Origin: Mantamonas sphyraenae STR306
Taxonomy: Eukaryota > Protista > CRuMs
Assembly: GCA_026936335.1 (NCBI GenBank)
Contig: JAPMXV010000041.1
Location: forward strand, 1 to 64,000
Reading direction: 5' to 3'
Length of the DNA stretch: 64,000 bases
The notes beneath the pieces were generated by a model. It did not search any database. It saw only the letters and a list, made by a program, of their open reading frames with translations, and had not been told where the DNA came from. The position numbers and the translations under genes were made by a program. The stretch's first letter is position 1. Each line of letters opens with the position of its first letter. Shown in pieces: positions 61,003 to 64,000 of the stretch.

Positions 61003-64000
61003 TCATCGCTTGCCCATCCCATCGAACCCTGTCCCAATGGCTTCCATGATGCTTGCAGACAAGTCCACAACCTTGACATCCTCAACGGGTTTAAACGCAG
61101 CCGAGTTGACCCTGTCTGCGTCCCACTGCCTTTCATCCACCTCAATCTCCACCTGCACCGTACGCAACTCATCGTCGTACAAACTGCCTGCACTAAAGCT
61201 GGGCACAAACGTCACCTGCTGCGAATACTCCTTGGCCTGTTCCAGGGACATTCCCGCACGCAACGACGCCGTGCTCTGCGACCCGCTTGCCATGCGTGCC
61301 CCACGCTGCTGGCCATCCACCACACAAAATGCAAACTGCTTCTTTGCCCACACTGGTCGTTGTGTCGTGTTGTACGTCACCGTCTCTGCAAACCTGCGGA
61401 TGCGCTCTTCGCCACTGATCTCCTCCTCGCCGCTGCTGTCTCCATCTCCCAAGCCTGCTCCCACACCGCCGCTCACCCCTCCACCGGGCAACGGTTGTCC
61501 GTGTTCGTCCATGCCCCAGATGGCAGGGTGCGCGTGCAGCACCTCGCCCCAATCCCGGTATCGGTTCACACTCCACACCTTGATCAGTTTCTTGTCCACC
61601 AGCAGCTCATCGCCCGACTCGGGCTGTGCGCCGGACGAGAGACCCACCACGACGCCGCGGCTGCTGCTCCCACCGCCCTCGCTACGTCCTCCTCGGCCCC
61701 CATCACCTGTGGTACCGTCTCCGGTGCCGTCTCCATGTCCACCTGCACGCGACCCGCTGTTCAGACTGTACAGAAACAGGTCGCCGTGTTGAGTCAACAC
61801 AAATATCTTTTCCGTGCCCACCTTGGCCTTGGGGTCGCGCACAAACGCACTGCGAACAAAAAACGGATTCGGCCGATCTGCATCCTGCAGAATGCTGCCA
61901 TTCTTGATCCGCACCTTGCTTGCCACACTCACGGGTCCAGCATACCGCAGGCCATTGCCACGCATGCCCTCATCGCCACCCAAGCCTTCGTCGCCTCCGA
62001 CGCCCCCTCCTCCCCCACCACCTCCGCCTCCGGTTGTGCTCCCACGTCCCCGTTTCTTGCCATCCACTCCCCCCTTGTCGCCATCGCCCATTCCTCCATC
62101 GCCCATGTCCCCTCCGCCGTCGCCTCCTCGCTTCCCGCCGCCCTTGCTGCCGTCGCCCGACTTGCCGCCGTCGCCGTCGCCACCGCTGCCGTCACCTGCG
62201 CCTCCGCCGCCGCCGCGTGTGTACGTTGGCACCCACGGGTGGGAGAGTTCGGTGTGTGACTTGAGCACCCACGGCAGGTGGGTGCCCACGTTGACGTTGC
62301 CGCCGTTGGGGTGGATGGGAAACACGTGCGACGTGCCACGCGTGGAGCTGCCAATCACCCAGCGGCTGTCCACACTGAAGGACAGGTCACGCACCGTGGC
62401 TGCCGAAATGCCTCGTTCCAGTGTGTACAGGTGGTGATGTGAGGCGTAGGGCTGGCCCGCACGCGGTGTGATCTTGTACACCTTGAACTCGTTGCCATCC
62501 ACACTCGACGCAATCACCATCGATCCCGACGGGTCAAACGCAACTGCAGACAGCGCCTGCTGAAACGGCCGGAAAATCGACACTGCACGCAACTTGGTCG
62601 ACGACGTGTTGCGAATCTCCACCGTGCCTGCATCCAGCGAGCGACGACCACCCATCCCACTGCCCAGCGCCTCGTCCAGGGCACTCTCCAACCCAGACAT
62701 GCCCGAGGACGACGACGATGATGATGATGATGACGACGACGATGACGACGATGACGATGACGATCCACCTCCTGCACCACTGCCTCCTGCACCTCCTCCA
62801 CCACCCCCGCTGCTGTTGCTACTGCTGCTTCCGTCGCCATCCTCGGCGTAGTAGTAGTTGTAGGCTGCGTTGAAGCCCCAATTGGAGGCTTGGTAGAGCA
62901 TGGAGACGCCGTCGGAGAGCATGTTCATGACGCCGTCGTTCTGCACCTGCACACCCGTGGGAGGGGAGAACGTGGGTGGCGAAAACACAAGCCATTTGCT
63001 GCCCATGTCAAACACGGCATGTGGCGAGGGATACGTGTCCAGAATCTGCACCGAGCTGCTGCCTCGTTTGGGCGCCATGTTGAGCACCCACAGGGTGTTG
63101 TTGTCCAGCGCACACGTCAGGATGTCCGCCGTCGCTCGGATCTGCCTCGGTGTGCCCATTCGCTTCAGCAAGTAGTCGTGTTCGTAGTCGTATGTGATGA
63201 GTGAGTACAGTCGGATCGACGCAGGTTCACCGTCCGTCCCTGCAAAGCCCAACGCAAGGAAGGGCCCGTTCCGCGTCAGGCTGCGTTTCCGCTGCTTTTT
63301 CGGCTGTGGCACAAACTGCGCTCCCCATAAAGAGTGCAGTGTCGTGATGGTGTGCATCCCGTGGACGTTCGCACCACATAGAAAGGTGGTACGGTATGTG
63401 TGTGTGTGTGTGTGGTGAGATTGTCCATCAGGAGAAATGGCGGCGTCCCGTGTTGTGTGTGTCAGCCGTTGCCCACAAACTCGCACCTGCACTCTCCCAT
63501 CCCGTCAACTTCCGCTCCCTACACCTCCCCTGCCCCACCCTCCACACCCCACCCTCCACTCCTCCCCACTCCCCGTTCTCCATGTCCCAACCCCGACACC
63601 CCAACGTACGCAGAAGCAGGTGAGCGTGTCCAGGTCAGTGTCGACGGAAACCAGTTGGAAGATGTTGGCTTCGTCTCCCACGTCCCACACCTGGAACCCG
63701 TTGCGGTATGCAATCAACAGGAAGCTACGACTGCAACATTGGTGCCCGAAATCCACGTCCAATTGCCCATTGTGCACGTCACGCCCGTGTGTCAGCATCA
63801 CCGGCCAGCCCCAAAAGGGCAAAGGGGAAAATGGCCAACAACCCCGGAGAACCTACTGCACGCCGTGGAGCTCCACTTGCTGAAAGTCGGCCCAAATCAT
63901 CACGTCCTTCTCCGAGTCTTCGCTGGGTGGGTTACCCTTGAAGTAGCTGACGACGCTGGGAACGTATTCGTTTGCGAGTTCACCCACGCGACCCGGAATG
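61003..64000 (-). CDS. BCAS3: BCAS3-like WD40/PROPPIN-related protein, 5' end outside window; exons >64000-63857, 63730-63610, 63315-61003
   Basis: LLIAYRNGFQVWD; AVAFDPSGSM..SSVDGNEFKVY..HHLYTLERG..A.VRDLSFS.DSRWV..SSTRGTSHVFPIHPNGG; ET.TY...RPVW..QF.F. Confidence 0.85.

Overview
Left end of a chromosome from a gene-dense, GC-rich unicellular eukaryote. The evidence is a (CCCTAA)n telomere, GT-AG spliceosomal introns of about 75-480 nt, a NUXM complex-I subunit (absent from animals), a REC-PDE and a WCA/VCA actin nucleator. The first ~19 kb is a lineage-specific subtelomeric zone: a 4-domain repeat protein, LRR and ankyrin proteins sharing a C-terminal F-box-like tail, a stand-alone NPC1-NTD, a large secreted precursor and a 1.2-kb tandem duplication. 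Housekeeping genes follow (eIF3c, SmG, SF3B4, DHRS4, TUTase, Chk2, RFC4, NUXM, VPS29, STT3, GPN1, BCAS3), with an intronless H2B/H2A/H4/H3 cluster. The strongest novel signal is a ~55-nt element in the 3' UTR of all four core histone genes, always in the sense orientation. It has a non-canonical 7-bp stem with a 10-12-nt A/C loop, then CAACC(C)A, then UCUUUUCUAA(A/G)GAGGAAAA. This is the layout of the animal stem-loop/cleavage/HDE signal but with a different hairpin, suggesting an undescribed histone mRNA 3'-end system. Other leads are the C-terminal F-box LRR/ANK family with hypervariable LRR faces, a cluster of six reading-frame breaks at 38.5-42.4 kb, strong strand-independent C>G skew, acidic-spacer/cationic-peptide precursors, near-zero intergenic distances and H4 K20R. 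All gene models were built by eye; no database searches were run.
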